A stretch of DNA of 64,000 nucleotides, taken from assembly GCF_009914755.1 (NCBI RefSeq), contig NC_060929.1; one strand, 5' to 3'. Position numbers and translations under genes: made by a program. Of the stretch, positions 27,590 through 45,262 are shown piece by piece. Source of the stretch: the human T2T-CHM13v2.0 reference genome, Homo sapiens. How positions within the stretch are numbered: position 1 is the stretch's first letter; every line of letters starts with the position of its first letter. The notes under the pieces were generated by a model. It searched no databases and was not told the origin of the DNA. It worked only from the letters and a program-made list of their open reading frames with translations.

Positions 27590-28385
27590 TTAAATTTAAA
27601 TTTTTTTATATATTTAGGGGATACAAGTGTAGATTTCTTATATGCATATATTGTATAGTGGTAAAGTCTAGATTTTTAGTGTACCCATCACCTGAATAGT
27701 GATCATTGTACCTAATAGGTAATTTTTCAACCCTCATCCCCTTGTCTTCATCCCACCTTTTGTAGACTCCAGTGTCTGTTATTCCACTCTGCATGTCCAT
27801 GTACCCCAGTCCTTAGCTCCCACTTATAAGCAAGACCATGCAGTATTTGACTTTCTGTTTCTGAGTTATTTCACTTAGACTAATGGCCTCCAGTTCCATC
27901 CATGTTGTCACAAATGACATGATTTCACTCTTTTTTATGGCTAAGTAGTATTCCATGGTATCTGTGTACCATACTTTATCTAATCCTGTATTGATAAATA
28001 CTTAGGTTGATTTCATATCTTTGGTATTGTGAATAGTTCTGCAATAAACATACAAGTGCTGGTATCCTTGTGATAGAATGATTTCTTTGGGTAGATACCC
28101 AATAGTGGGATTGTTGGATCAAATGGTAGTTCTATTTTTAGTTCTTTGAGAACTCTCCATGCTGCTTTCCATAGAGGTTATACTAATTTACATTCCCACC
28201 AACAGTGTGTAAACATTCCCTTTTTCCCCATGTTCTCATTATCTGTTGTTTTTTGACATTTTAATAATAACCATTCTGACAGGTATAAGATGGTATCTCG
28301 TTGTGGTTTTAATTTGCATTTCTCTGATGATTAGTGACGTTGAGCATTTTTTCACCTGTTTATTGGCTGTTTGTATGTCTTTTTT
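27590..28385 (-). mobile_element. L1MA/L1PB 3' end
   Basis: 'tttaggggatacaagtgtagatttcttatatgcatatattgtatagtgg...gcctccagttccatccatgttg'. Confidence 0.88.
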
Positions 28386-29810
28386 GAGATTTTTTTAGTG
28401 ACTTTACTGAGTAATCAGTTTAAGAACATTTTTATTCTCCCAGTAAGACCCCATGCCTATTTATAGTTATTCTCATTCCTATACCAGGGCCCAGGCAACT
28501 ACTAACCTACTTTCTGCTTATATATTTGCCTTTGTTGGACATTTAATATAAATGGAATTATGTGACATGTGTTTTTTTGTGTCTGGCTTGTTTTGCCTTG
28601 CATAACTTTTTGAGGGTCATCCATGACATAACATTTATTGCTGAATAGTGTCTCATTGTATGGATACGCCATATTCAGTATATCCATATATATATTTTTA
28701 AGAGACATAGTTTCACTCTATTGCCTAGGCTAGATTTGCTTGGTGTGATCATAGCTCACTGCAACCTCAAACTCCCAGGCTCAAACGATCCTCCCATCTT
28801 AGTCTCTTGAGTAGCTGGGACCACAGGCACCGGTCACTACACCTCGCTAATTTATTTTGTAGGAACAGGGTTTCGCTGTGTTTCCTAGGCTGGTCTCAAA
28901 CTCCTGATTTCAAGCGATTCTCCTGTCTTGGTCTCCCAAAGTGCTGGGATTACAAACATGAGCCATGGCACCAAGCTTACACACTGATTGATTGACATTT
29001 CAATTGTTTCCAATTTGGGGTTATTATTAATAATTCTGCTATGAACATTCTTATGATAGTCTTTGTGCAGATACATGTTTTTATGTTTCTTCTGTAAATA
29101 CTTAGGGCGGAATTGCTGGATCATTTCGTAGTTTTATGTTTAACTTTTTGAGAAACTGCCAAATTGTTTTTTAAAGTGGCTGCACCATTTTATATTTCCA
29201 CTAACAACATATAAGAGTCCCCATTTCTCCACATTCTCAGCAACATTTGCTATTGTCGCCTTATTTATTATAACCATTTCAGTGGATTTGAAGTGGTATC
29301 TCATTTTTGTTTTAATTTGTTTCCCTAACTAAATGGTGCTGAACATCTTTTCATATTGTTATTAGCCATTACTATTTGCATATCTTCTTTAGTGAAATAT
29401 CTGCTCATATATTTTATCCATTTTTTGATTGGGTCATTTGTCTTTTTTTAAAAATATGTCGAGATTTTTTTGTATAGTCTAGATATGTCCTTCATCAGAT
29501 ATGTGTTTTGCAAATACCTCTTACAGTCTATTGGTTGTCTTTTTATTTTCCTGGTGATATCTTTTGTAGTTACAAAAGTTTTAAATTTTGATGTCCAATT
29601 TATCAATTTTTTTATTTTATGGAACATGTTTTTAGTTTCATATCTAAAACCATCTTTGTCTAATTTAAGGTCTTCAAGGTTATCTCCTATGCTTTCTGTT
29701 ATTTAGCTTCTACATTTAAGTTTACAATCCTTTTTTATTTACTTTTTGTATATAGTGTGAAGTAGGTGTCTAAACTTATCTTTTTGCATGTGGTTATCCA
29801 GTTGCCCACA
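28386..29810 (-). mobile_element. Old L1M 3' fragment split by AluJ
   Basis: 'caggcaactactaacctactttctg', 'aattgctggatcat', 'ggctgcaccattttatatttccac'. Confidence 0.8.
28695..28977 (-). mobile_element. AluJ
   Basis: 'gtgatcatagctcactgcaacctcaaactcccaggctcaaacgatcctccc'. Confidence 0.9.
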
Positions 29811-30319
29811 TTTGTTTCATAAACTGACATCTGTCGGGAGCTTCGCTGTGTAGTAGGCACTAGAGATACAAAAGTGAAAGATGGCAATTTCCAGCTTCAA
29901 GTATAGTCAAGGGAGGTATATGTCCATAACTACGGAGAATAGAACACAGGGATGTACCAATTCAAGATCTGAAAACTTCAAGAAGAATGAGTCTGAGGTA
30001 AAATCAAGGGAGTGGCTTTGTTGTCTTCAGGGAAAAGACCTATATATGTTAGCCTAGTTTAGTGCAATGGCTTCACTTTCTTTGGCCTCTTAACATACTA
30101 GTTTGACATCATCTGTTTTGAGGTATATCTCAAAAAATTTATGACTAATAAAGAGTTCAGATATTGATGTTTGCTAATAATTATCTTTTTGTAAAAAAAC
30201 GCAATTGATATTCTTAGAGTGGGGACTGTTGTGATATCTTCAAATTGATCATACTTCAGATTATATTTTAAGAAAATGTCTCCCAGGTAGACCTTATTAA
30301 AAATGGCTAAAAATTCTGG

Positions 30320-30625
30320 GTTAGTGGATGAACATTGGATTAGAATTCAAGAAACTTAGAGTTGGGACTACCACTAATTAGCTTTGTGTTCTTGGCACAT
30401 CATCTAAATTCTTAAACCCTCAGTTTGCTCCCAGTGTAAAGTGGCAGATCATTTCCAAGACCCTTTTCAGACTGAATGTTCTCTTTATTCATTAAGTCAA
30501 CATTTATTGAGTACTCACTTTGTGCCAGACACTGTGAGGCACTCTTAAGCAAAGGTAAGAAAAAGATACCAGATGCTTTTATAGAGAGGGATGTGAAAAC
30601 AAATCATTAAAAGATAATGTTGCAT
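30320..30625. mobile_element. MIR3-like fragment followed by an L2 3'-end fragment
   Basis: 'accactaattagctttgtgttcttggc'; 'tcaacatttattgagtactcactttgtgccagacactgtg'. Confidence 0.6.
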
Positions 30626-31534
30626 ATTTTGTGCTAGTTATATGATTCACTGTGTCTAGAAACCTACATTTCTTCTGACCAAGAAGTTAACTGGGGAAGA
30701 AGAATCAAGAAGGAAAATGACCCCAAAGATCAGCTTAAGGAATGTGCCTGCAAGAGAGAATTCACATGTCAGACATGGGACAGAGGAATTTCAGCCTGCT
30801 AGCTACAACCAACCTTTGGATAATGAGATTTCTTCACACTGTGGTACAAAGGTGTATTTACTTCCCTAAGAGAAATAAAAGAGAAAGGCACATAACACTT
30901 GGGACTGTATAAAGAACTTGGCTGATATTGAGTATCCAATTCTCTTTATTGTATTCAAAATCATAATGAGTATTTCTCATATTTCAGATTTTCCCTAAGA
31001 GCAAACCTACAGTGTAAGATATTTTGTTAAGAAGTATGTTTTTATATTAATAGAACATGAATCTCATATAAATTAACTTCATGCCCCCTACTCAAGACTT
31101 TTCTTTCAAATTCTGAATCACATTATCAAGTATACTTCCTGAGGTTTCTTTAAAAATACAGCACCTTCAAATCTGAATATTCTCTTATTCTTAACCTAAT
31201 AGTCTTTTTGTGTAATGTACAGACACTGAGCCTATGGCTTTTGAAAGCTTTTCAGACAAGAGGAGTCTATGTTTCTTTGGCTTGAGAACCCCTCGAATTC
31301 TTCTGTTTCCCTCTGCATACATAGGCAGTTTCTCTTCTTGGCAATAGGCAGTCTAGGGCTGCTTATATGTGAGTAATGGAAATGTCTACAAAGTTATAAG
31401 AAAATTCAGCTTACATTTTATTCATATAACTTTATAATCTTTATTTGGCAAATGTACCATTTAGGAGCAACCATTGTTCAAGTGTACTTATATGAGCTTT
31501 AATTATACCATGCGTTTTGAAAAGGCCTTGCCTG

Positions 31535-32050
31535 ATCTATTGGGATGCTTGGTTGCAAGTGACAGAAATCCAGCTTGGATTAGCTCAAACAAAAAGAGAA
31601 TTCATTGGCTCTTTTAACTAGGAAGTTTAGGTGTGGAATTAGCTTTAGAATAACAGAATTCAGGGGCTTAGTAGGATTCCTGGCTCTCTTGTCCTCTGTC
31701 ACTGAATTTATCATTTCTCTGGGTATTGGCATTCACAGACAGGTCCTCTGCATGTGGTAGTCAAAGATGGCCAATGGCTGCTCCAGTCTTAGCTGGTCTT
31801 TGTAAGTTGAAAGCAGAGGAAGAGAGACTCTTTGGGATCCATATACTGGATCTTATCTGGGTACCCGGTCCAGCTTGGGTGTAAAACTCATCCATTGCCA
31901 CCAATCTTTATGAACAGCAGAAGGTATAAAGATTGACTGGCCTGGGGACTGTCTTAGCTCCTGAAGCCAGGGGAGAGTAAGGTTCTCTGACTGAGAAACT
32001 CTCCATGCCCACATGGAGTGAATGGCTGGCAGACACAAACAATAGATGCC
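31535..32050 (-). mobile_element. Old MLT1 (J/K/L-type) LTR
   Basis: 'ttggttgcaagtgacagaaatccagcttggattagc', 'caaagatggccaatggctgctccag'. Confidence 0.65.
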
Positions 32051-32287
32051 TACTACATTGGATAAGGCGTTGTTAAACACTTTTAAGTGAAAGGACCACT
32101 GACTTTCATCTGCCATAAAAATGCAAGGCTGCTCTGAATAATTTTGCAATATTTATTTATGTTTTTGAAACAATCTCAAATATTTTAGATATCTATTTAA
32201 CTCATTTTCTCTCAGTCTTTCTTATGGTAATATACTACCTTTTCACTGAGTTGACATTCACTTTCTTAGTATTTATTTTCAAATTTT

Positions 32288-32898
<611 letters not shown>

Positions 32899-34129
32899 TT
32901 ATCAAGTTTTTATAAATATTCTCATTGTGATTGCTTGCACAGTTTGTTTCACAGTAAAAAATTACAAGTATCTTAGTTGACAGAGATCATTTAAAAATTA
33001 TTCTTTAATAACTTAGATGTGTTGATGGTGTTTGATTATTTAGAATTAAAATAGTTTTTTCAATGAAATTTGTCTAAAATCCTTGCTGAAGACTAGAAAA
33101 GAGTTTTTAAGAGACCACAATTAATAAGCTTTAGGTAAACCACATTTCCCTTGTATAGAACATTTTCAATTCTCAGATCTTGACCCTGATAAACTTTCTG
33201 ATAGGGGAAAATTCCAAAACACATATGAAGGAGAGAATTATATTCAGGCGTTTTAAATAGCAAGTCCAAATACAGTCATCTTTTTTTCATACTCATAAAT
33301 TAGGACAGCTCCCGCTTTTAAAATAGAGTAAGAAGAAGGGGTGGCATACATTCAGAGCAAACCAACATTTAAATATAGCACATTAGAATTCTTTGCATAT
33401 CGAAGACCAGTAATAAGATGTAAGTTGATTTGGGCTTTAGAAAACATTCTGGATGTTGGATGGTCATGCCATGTGCTATGTTTTAGAACTTTATGGGGCC
33501 TCTGTCATAGGATGAAAGAAGAAGTGCAATCATATTACAAAAATGCTGTGGCTAATTGTTATCATTAAATCTCTTTGGACCATGTCCAGTGTAGATACAT
33601 TATATACAGAATTTCTATGTTTATGGCTAATTTTAGCAAGAGCATATCTTGTTCCTTCAATCTATTGGTCATAAATTTAGAAAGATTATGTGAAAGGATG
33701 ACTTGTTCCTAGGAAATGCACACTGAAATATTTATTGGTAAAGGTCATGATGTCTTCAACTTATTCTCAAATGGTTTAGAATGACAACATGACAAAATAA
33801 CATGATATTTTATTATATAAGTGTTCTCTAATCTACTTAACCAGTCCTATGCTGGTAATTAAATGGGGAGACAGATGGATAAACTGGATAACTTCAACTC
33901 AAGTGATCAGGTTTTCTTCAAGTAGCTTTATTATTTGGCTTGAAATGCTATATACTCCAAAGTTTTAGGCCATATTTCAAAGTCAATATACATGCCATTA
34001 GAGTTGATGATTGGGTTTACTATACACTAAAAAAATATTACCTCAAAGAACTTCTGGTAAAATATGGGAATGTAGTCTTTAAGAGATAAGAGATATCAAC
34101 AAAATTTTTGAATATAGAAAACAGAGAGG

Positions 34130-35140
34130 AAGATGCTAGAACACAAGTCTCCAGGTTGAAAGTACCCACTGATTGCTTAGGACAGTGAATGAAGAGACCC
34201 TTGTAAAGCAACTCTTCAAAAAATCTCAGCTCCCTAGGATTAAAGAGAAAATGCTGCCAGCCTCCAGAGAGATCAGGTTACATACTGTAGGTCATCGAAT
34301 GGCAGAGGACATTGCAACAGAAATATTGGCAATAGAGGACAATGGAGTAATGCCTCTAGAATTCTGAGAGAAAATATTTTTCATTCTAGAATTCTATACT
34401 TAGCCAAACCATTAATCAGTTGTGAGGGCAGAATAAAAACAGTTTTAGATAAGAAAAGTTTTAAAAACTCATCTTCTTTGAGTCTTGGGAAATGAATGAC
34501 ATATCTGTGCCAACAGAATGAGGGCACTACTCAAGAAAGATGAAGCCCCAAAGTCCAAGAGATAGATAGGGGATGAAACAGGAAATTGGTGAAGAAAATC
34601 TCAGCTAGGCATCAGTCCTAGAGAGCCTACCAGTTACAGACTGGAACAAGAGAATGGACACTCTGGAATAGAAATAGAGGGAAGAAATGGAATGGATGGA
34701 TTCTCTGGTAACACTAGATGGGTTAGAAAGTGCTGTTGACTGGTGTGTGATCTAATGGAGTATTTGGAAAAAATGATGAGATATCCTAATACTGATAAAT
34801 GAAGGAAATTCAGGATATATATACATTATTTAGAAACAGAGAAGTAACTAGAAGAAATAGTTATACAGATGAAAATGATTACCATGGGGAAAAATGCAGC
34901 AAAGACTGATGAATTTGATTATCACCTTTTTAGTACTATTTGATTATATTATCAAGTATATCAGTTACGTTGATTAAAAGTAAAAAATCAAGTGAAAATA
35001 AAACCAATTCAAACTAAAATAAACTATTTAAACGTGTGATAGGGGAAACTGGGTGTAGGGTATATGGGAATTCTTTCTTCACAATTTTTATATAAATTTT
35101 ATGTAAATCTGTTCTAAAAATAAAATATATTTTTAAAAAT
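34130..35140 (+). mobile_element. Highly diverged L1M fragments (ORF1-like and 3' end)
   Basis: 'aattctgagagaaaatattttt...ctagaattctatacttagccaaacc', 'ggggaaactgggtgtagggtatatgggaattct'. Confidence 0.6.
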
Positions 35141-35599
35141 CTAATTGGAGAAACAAGAAAAATGAAAGAGTACAACGTAATGCATACTCTAGAGTATATT
35201 AAGTGTAGTGCAATAAACTTAATGAACATCAAGATGTACAGAAAATAAAATTAGTTTTATTTTTGATTTTCAAGACAAAATTAAAAATAAGGTATTGTAT
35301 CTTGTTTATAAATATTGTCTATATAGGTTTTAGATTTTGAGTTATTCAGTATTACCAATATCAGTTTATTCTTCCCAAAAATACGATTTTTAAAATGATG
35401 AGTGAATACCTAAGTTTAACTGGTTGACAGATATTTTTTCCATTAGTGGATTAATATAGATTTGGATTATGACTGTGCAAGTTCACCTTATAACCCTGTT
35501 TAAATATCCTAAGTCACATTAGAAGTTATGAAGGACTAGTTGGAGATGGGGTGGTCAATGAAAATATCTGGCTAGGCCACATCTTCAGAATGTACTCAG

Positions 35600-35817
35600 C
35601 AGGGGTGTCCAATCTTATGGCTTCCCTGGGCCACAATGGAAGAAGAATTGTCTTGGGCCACACGATATACACTAACACCAACAATAGCTGATGAGCTAAA
35701 AAAGAAAAATCGCAAAAAAAAAAAATCATAATGTTTTAAGAGTTTACAAATTTGTGTTGGGCCACATTCCAAGCCATCCTGTCCAAGCCCACACATGCAG
35801 CCTGTAGGCCCAGGTTG
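35600..35817 (+). mobile_element. MER30
   Basis: 'caggggtgtccaatcttatggcttccctgggccacaatggaagaagaattgtcttgggccacac'. Confidence 0.9.
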
Positions 35818-36785
35818 TGTGCTGTGTCATCGAGCACAATCATTTACCTGTTCTTCTTCATCAGGGGAGTGGTAGTCCTATTTCATAGGATTAAGTGATT
35901 TATCTGCTGACTTCAGCTGAATGGGGCTTAGAAATCAAACCTTCTGATGCCAGGGTCAGGGGTGTCACTTTGTTCTGGGGCACCAAGGATATGTTGTGTC
36001 TGCTGTTGCTGTCATCAGAACAGGTATTAAACTTGAAAACTCCAGACAGTGGGATTGACCTTGAAGCAAAACCACGGCGAATGTACAGTGCTTGGACAGG
36101 GCTCTTCAGCATGTTTTAAGCAGGATTACTTATTTCCTTATTACTTTCTATACATTTCAAATTCTTTTTTATATTTTATATTTTAAGAACTGGACATTGC
36201 AGGAAACACCTCTCATACCCTGTTTTCACTCTGTGGGTTCAGCAAAAGAAAATGACAGCCTTGCAATAGCTAAATATCTAAGCTTTAAAAATGTATTTTT
36301 AAAAGCCCTAATTGGCATAATAACCTATAATTTTATTTTCATTTTTGGTATCACCCATTTTATATCTTGTGCTTCCAGCTTCCCTCAATCACATAATTAT
36401 CAGATATTCGTGTGGATTTTAAAAGGTGGTTTTAAGGTCATATTCTTCAATTAATTGACCAGTTTGCTTCCATTAAGTGTAATCTCTTGTGCTTGGACTT
36501 CCTGCCTATGGGACAGAATTTAGCTGAATAGTACCCTTTGAGATTTGTTGACTTTACTAGTAGTTCCTGCTCAAAGCAGGAAATCTTGGAGGTGGTACAG
36601 AGTGTTCTTTTCATTGTATGTGCAGATTAAGCTTCCCTAAGAATAATGCTATTTCTGGGTGCAAGACTGGATTAACCATCCTTGATTCTGTTGACTTTCA
36701 CTGTGTGAAGAATGACTAAATAAATTTCATTTCTTTGGCTATTTCTTTGACTTTTGAATTTAGTTATAACTCTTTTGCAGGCTTT

Positions 36786-37154
36786 TATGGACAGAATATT
36801 TGTATCTCCCTAACATTGCTATATTGAAACTCTAACCTCCAATGTGATGGTATCTAGAGGTGAGCCCCTTGAGAGGTAATTAGGTTTAGATGAGGTTATG
36901 AGGGTGGGGCTCTCGTGACGCGATGAAATTAGTGCCCTTTTAAGAAGAGGAAGATGTGCGGCACTGAAGAAAGGCCATGTGAGAGTGCAGTGAGAAGGTG
37001 GCTGTCTACAAGCCAGAAAGAGGGCCTTCACCAAAAACTGAATCAGCTGGCATCTTGGTCTTGGACTTCCCAGCCTCTAAAACTGTAAGAAATAAATGCC
37101 TGTTGTTTAAGTCACCCAGTCTATGGTATTTTGTTATAGCAACCTGAGCTAAGA
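36786..37154 (+). mobile_element. MLT1A-type solo LTR
   Basis: 'tatggacagaatatttgt...aggtttagatgaggttatgagggtggggc...ggtattttgttatagcaacctgagctaaga'. Confidence 0.9.
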
Positions 37155-37794
37155 TGCAGACCTTCTCCAACTTCTCCAGTTTTTTGATTAAATGTAAACA
37201 GAACTGGGCAATTATCAAACCTTTATCAATATTGAGAATATGGAGGTGAAATTCTCCTACTTCCTTTATATCTATCACCTGTTCACTTTTCCTGTTACTA
37301 TACTCTAAAACCAAATCCAAAAATATATGATTTTTGAAGACAATATCCTTATGTTTATATGCTCCTTGTTTATTTTTTCATTTGGTCATACATATCTTTT
37401 TTTGTCAACAACCTAGGTGAACACTGTATGTATATGTCATTTTTTCTTTTTTCTGGTAACTATTCCTCCAACAACCTGGTTACAATGCTCTGTTTTTTTT
37501 AGGGGGAGAAGGCACCTTTTCCCTTTCTCACTCTTTAATCTATGTGGTTGAAGGGAGGCTTACCTCATCCATGGTTTCAGGGATGAACATGCTATTCAAA
37601 ACAAACAACATAATCCAAGAAATACATTTTCCTAACCATGCCGACTGGTTCTGAAATAAACAAGTGACTCAATTCAGGCCAATGAGAGATTGGACCAAAT
37701 CTTTTGCTGAGATCATTCTAATGAGAAGCTCAAGCCTACATGGAGGAAAACAATGCTGAGATACAGAGAGAGCAGAAGAATCCTGGTGATATTA

Positions 37795-40110
<2,316 letters not shown>

Positions 40111-40284
40111 GGTGATATTAAATTACCAGCATCCAATTGTGTCTGAGTTTACAATGGACTTTTTGATTATGAAATTTCCTGTTTGGTTTAGGTCAGTTTA
40201 AATTTGGTCTTTATTAATACAACGGAAAGAGGGCTATATAATGTAATTACCAAATTCACAGACATTAAGGATCATGAAGAGATA

Positions 40285-40522
40285 GAGAATACATTAAATG
40301 ACAGAATCAAAATCCAGAAAGCTCTTGGCTGAAAAGAAGGGCAACAACTAATAGGATAAAATATAGTAGTAATAAAATGTAAAGTCCTATACTTTGTGAA
40401 ATCAACTGGGCAAAGTGAGGATGAAGCTGACATGGGTACATAGTTGCCCATGTGAGAAAGATTTAGTTGTTTTAGTGAATTATTAGCTCAATCACAATTA
40501 TTAGTGTGATGATGCTGCCAGG
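40285..40522 (+). mobile_element. L3/CR1 LINE remnant
   Basis: 'gacagaatcaaaatccagaaag...aaatgtaaagtcctatactt...gagaaagatttag...agtgtgatgatgctgcca' resembles the CR1/L3 ORF2 3' region. Confidence 0.6.
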
Positions 40523-41669
40523 AATATGTTGTGTCCTGTTCCATTAATGTATTCTCCTATCCTTGTGTCCATACCACACAGTACCACACTGTCTATTGTA
40601 AGTCTCAAAAATTAGATAATGTAACTCTGATGACTTTGTTCTTCTAGATTGCTGGCTTTGCATTTGCACATAAATTATATATTGTGAATTACCCCAAATT
40701 AAAAAGAATTAAGTAGGATTGCATAATTTTTCAAGCCGGTGGGACTAATGAATTGTAAGTCATTTTTAATGCCATTGCATCTTTAGCTGGTTGAAAATAA
40801 TAATGCTTGTTATGGGAAAGTAAATATTGAATTATGCCAGGTGTTTAGAAATACATTCTTAGAGTAAGATGCAAATACTCTATATTTAACTACACAAACC
40901 TAGAATGCATAGTACATTTATGGAATAATACATAAGAAACTAGTAATAGTATTTTGCTTGGGGTAGATGTACTGGGTGTCTGGTATAGGAGAAAGATTTA
41001 CTTTTTCATTTATCTTTGAAGTCTTTTAAATTAAAAACAACTAATGAAAAAATTCAAAATAATAATGTAATATACACGGTTACTATTCATGTATGAGATC
41101 TATCTCTAAATCAGAGTTCTGTTCTATGAATAAAATCTGTCCTGATTTATGACTATGGGTGTTGTTTGTAGTTAATGTCACTGCAGTTCCTTCTCTTTAT
41201 TTCCCAGGTCAGCCCATTACCAGGACTTTAAGGAAACTTTAATCAATCAGTCTTTTACATCATGCATTTAACAAATTCTTTTGATATACTTCTTAAGTTT
41301 TTTTTTTTACAATGGGTCCTTACCCAAAGTAAATAATTATGCTTTAGGGGTTACAGCTCTTTTTTAGTCCTTCTGTTGTTGCTCAACTTAACTTACAGTT
41401 CCTTCTTTATCCTAACTTTACTTAATTTATCTGAGCCTCAGTTGCCTCATCTGTAAAAGACATAGGGTAACATATGGTCTGAAGTCTTTTCCATCCTATG
41501 AATTTTTAAGTCTCTATTCCATTCAATTCATGATCCATATAGGCAGTGATGACACAACTCTTCAGGACAAGATGTGACATGCATAGAGTGTTCAAGTTTA
41601 GAAAAGTTACACCTACTCTTTGCTACTTCTTAGACCTGTACACAGTTTTAGTTTTAGAATATTTCTGGT

Positions 41670-42082
41670 TGTCTAGTTATCAACTAGATGGATTGAATCA
41701 TTGGCCCCTCCCCAAATTTATACTTTTGCCATGGCTTCCTTGTGGGTAGTGTATTTCCTCAACCCTTGACTTGCTTTGGCTAATGGCATAGGGTTAGCAG
41801 TTGTGCCATTTTTTTAGCATAGGACTTAAGAACCCTTGCATGCTTCCATTAGCTACCTTGTGCCTCTGTTTCTGCCAGTCCAAGGAGAGTAATAGACATG
41901 GGAAGCTGGTCTACAGATCTGAGTAAGATGCAGAGTTATTCCAGGCACTGAAGCCTGAAGCAGTCTCTCAGTTGAGCCTAACTTGGATCAGCTGAGTTTC
42001 AGCTGAGCTGTAGGTCTTCAAGAATAAATCATTATTAAGTCTTGGTGTGGTCTGTGACAGCAGTTTTGTGACAACTGACACA
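41670..42082 (+). mobile_element. Old MLT1 LTR
   Basis: 'cccttgacttgctttggctaatggcat', 'aataaatcattattaagtc...cagcagttttgtgacaactgacaca'. Confidence 0.6.
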
Positions 42083-42519
42083 TCAGGTACCATTAAATTA
42101 CTTCTGTTAAAATGTATTTTTAAAACAGAAAACACATTCACTTGATTCAAAAATAAAAATATAAAAAGGTATGCTTTTTTTTTTTTGCTCCAAGCCCTGT
42201 TCCCTGTTCACAAGGTCTCATCCAATGTCCTACTACCACAAATTGCTCACATATAAATAGACATACATATATAATGATAATATAGAGAATATATATAATT
42301 AATATATAGCTCCCACTCCACCCATTTATACTTTTTGAATTCTTTGCTTTTTTCATTTATTATGTCTTGGATATATTCACATATCAGTATATGAAAAGCT
42401 TCCTTATTCCTTTTCATAGCTGCATAGTACTCCATTATATATCATAATGAGAGACAATCAAGTCCTCTATTGATGGTGCTGGGTTTGTTTTCTATCTTTC
42501 GCCATGATGTGATTATATA

Positions 42520-43677
42520 CAGTCATGCTTTACTTAACATATGGGGACACCTTCTGAGAGATGTGTTGTTAGGTGATTTTATCATTGTACAAACATCATA
42601 GAGTATACTTACACAAACCTAGATAGTACAGCCCTACTACATACCTAGGCTATATGGTATATATAACAAACCTGTGCAGTATTTTATTGCACTGAATATT
42701 GTACAAAATTATAATACAATGGTAGGTATTTGTATACCTAAACATAAAAAAGTACAGTAAAAATAGAGTATAAAGGATACAAAATTGCACATATGTATAG
42801 GGCACTTACTATGAACCACAATAAGACTGAACATTGCTCTGGGTGAGTCAATAAGTGAATAGTGAGTGAATGTGAAGGCCTAGGACATTATACTATTGTA
42901 GACTTTACAAACACTGTACATTTAAGCTATACCAAATTTATTTAAAAAATTATTTCTTAATAATAAATTAACCTGAGCTTATTGTAACTTTTTTACTTTG
43001 TAAACTTTTAATTTTTTTAACTTTTTGACTTTTTAATAATACTTAGCTTAAAACACAAATATATTATACAGCTGTACAATAATATTTTCTTAATATCCTT
43101 ATTCTATATGCTTTTTTGTATTCATTTTTTTTTTTTTTACTTTTAAATTTTTTTTTGTTAAAAACTAAGACATGAACACACACATTAGCCTAGGCCTACA
43201 CGGGGTCAGGATCATCAATATCACTCTCTTCTACTTCCACATCTTGTCCCACTGGAAGGTTATCAGGGGCAGTAACATGCATGCAACTGTGATCTCCTGT
43301 GATTAAAAATGGCTTCTTCTTCTGAAATACCTCTTGAAGGATCTGCCTAAGTTAACTTTTTTTTATTATAAGTAGGAGTACACTCTAAAATAGTGATGAA
43401 AAGTATAGTATAGTTAATACGTAAACAAGTAACATAGTCACTTATTATCATTATAAAGTATCATGTACTATACATAATTGTGTGTACTAGACTTTTATAT
43501 GACTGGCAGCACAGTAGGTTTGTTTACACCAGCATCACCACAAACACATGAGTAATGCATTGTGCTATGGCACTATGATGGCTACATCATCACTAGGTAA
43601 TAGGAATTTTTCAACTTCATTATAATCTTATGGGACACTCTCTCATATGCAGTCTGTTGTTATGCAGTGCATTATTG
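42520..43677 (+). mobile_element. Tigger3b/MER7-type TcMar-Tigger element
   Basis: ta|cagtcatgc ... gcattattg|ta termini with TA TSD; 'catcatagagtatacttacacaaacctagat'; length about 1.16 kb. Sits within an old antisense L1 fragment (~42100-43790). Confidence 0.9.
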
Positions 43678-44529
43678 TATACAGATCTATGCAAGTAGGA
43701 TAAACTCCAGTGGGGGGTTGGGGGTAGGAGAAGAGATGTATGCAGATGGGATTTTAATAATTACTGCCAAATTGTCCTTTATACAGGAATAAATAAATTT
43801 TAATTTGGAAGAGGTGTTCTAACAGCCTTTTCTGTTAGCCTGGAGGAAGAGTGTAATATTTCACACAGGAAGCCATCTAGTCGACTTTCCAGGAGGACGT
43901 TAAATGATCTTTTCAGAGCTCTAACACCTATATACTGGGAGGTTCCAAACATTTTACGGGTATCAGCTTTTTAAGTCCTCACCACACCCTGTAAAGTAGG
44001 TACTGTCACTATCCTGGCCTCAAAGATGAAGAGATTTATTAGGTGAGAAGCTAAGTAACTTCTCTCAGTTCATTCAGCTAGAAAGCAATGTAGCTCACAT
44101 AGACTTATCCCCAGCTAAGACAGCTAAGTCATGACTTCTCTGAAGTTATTTTTTAAAGGTATAATTAAACTAATATTAGTATAGTATCCTAAATATTTTC
44201 CTAAAATGTCCTATGTTGATGTAGCTTTTATTTTTTTAAAATCCATAAATTCTATTATATATGTGTGTATGTGTATATTGCTATTTGACTGTACTTTCAG
44301 GGCACCAAAGAATTTCTACTATAAAACTAAAGGCAAGATATATAACAAAACCATTATGAACTGGACTCACTTTAAAAATTCTGTGATTATAATTGCTGTT
44401 TGAATTTTTAGAAAACATGTTTTAGAAAATATATTAAGTATCCACAATTTCCTAGTGGCTAACTCACTTTTGGTACAATTTTTTTTAATCACCTATAAAA
44501 TATATTCATTTAATACTCCTATCACTCCT

Positions 44530-44852
44530 GTTTTAGGTATTAATGTGCTGATTTTACAGATAAGGAAATTGAAGCTCAGAGAAAGGGACTGATTTGCCAA
44601 CCTTATCCAGATAGTGAGGATGAACAGGGTAATGATGGTAATGCTTACTATTTAATATATGTCGAGCACATTGCTAGGCCCACTTTACAGGGAGCATTAA
44701 CATTTTATTTAAACTTCACAATAATCCTTTGAGGTAGTTACTCTTACTATTCTCATTTTACAGATGAGAAAATAGGGATTTAAAGACATTCAGAAACTTT
44801 CTGGAGGCCACGCACAGCTAGGAAGTGGTATTGTGGGGAACTTCATCCAGGC
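44530..44852 (-). mobile_element. Two MIR fragments
   Basis: 'ttttacagataaggaaattgaagctcagaga', 'cattttacagatgagaaaatagg'. Confidence 0.75.
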
Positions 44853-44857
44853 TTGTT

Positions 44858-45262
44858 TTGATGGTGAGGCTGATGTGTCAATTTGACTATAGACTATAGT
44901 CTCCAGTGTAGTATTCAAACACTAGTCTAGGTGTTACTGTGAGGGTATTTTGTAGGTGTGATTCATGTCCATAGTTAGTTGGCTTTATGTAAGGGAGATT
45001 ATCCTAGATAATCTGGGTGACCTAGCTTAAAGAGTTGAAAGGTAGAAGAGCAGAGCTGAGGCTTCCCTGAAGAAGAAATTCTGCCTATGGACTGCAGCTT
45101 CAGCTGCCTAGGAGATCAGCCTGCCCTTCATGATGGCCTATCCCAAGGACTTCATATTTGCTTTGCCAGCCTCACAATCATGTACGCCAATTCTTAGCAA
45201 TGAATCTTTTAACACAGATCCCCTAGTAGTGTTTTTTCTCTGGTTGAACCATGAGTGATACA
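44858..45262 (+). mobile_element. MLT2 (ERVL) solo LTR
   Basis: 'tgtgtcaatttgact...tcaaacactagtctaggtgttactgtgagggtattttgtag...gaagaagaaattctgcct'. Confidence 0.85.
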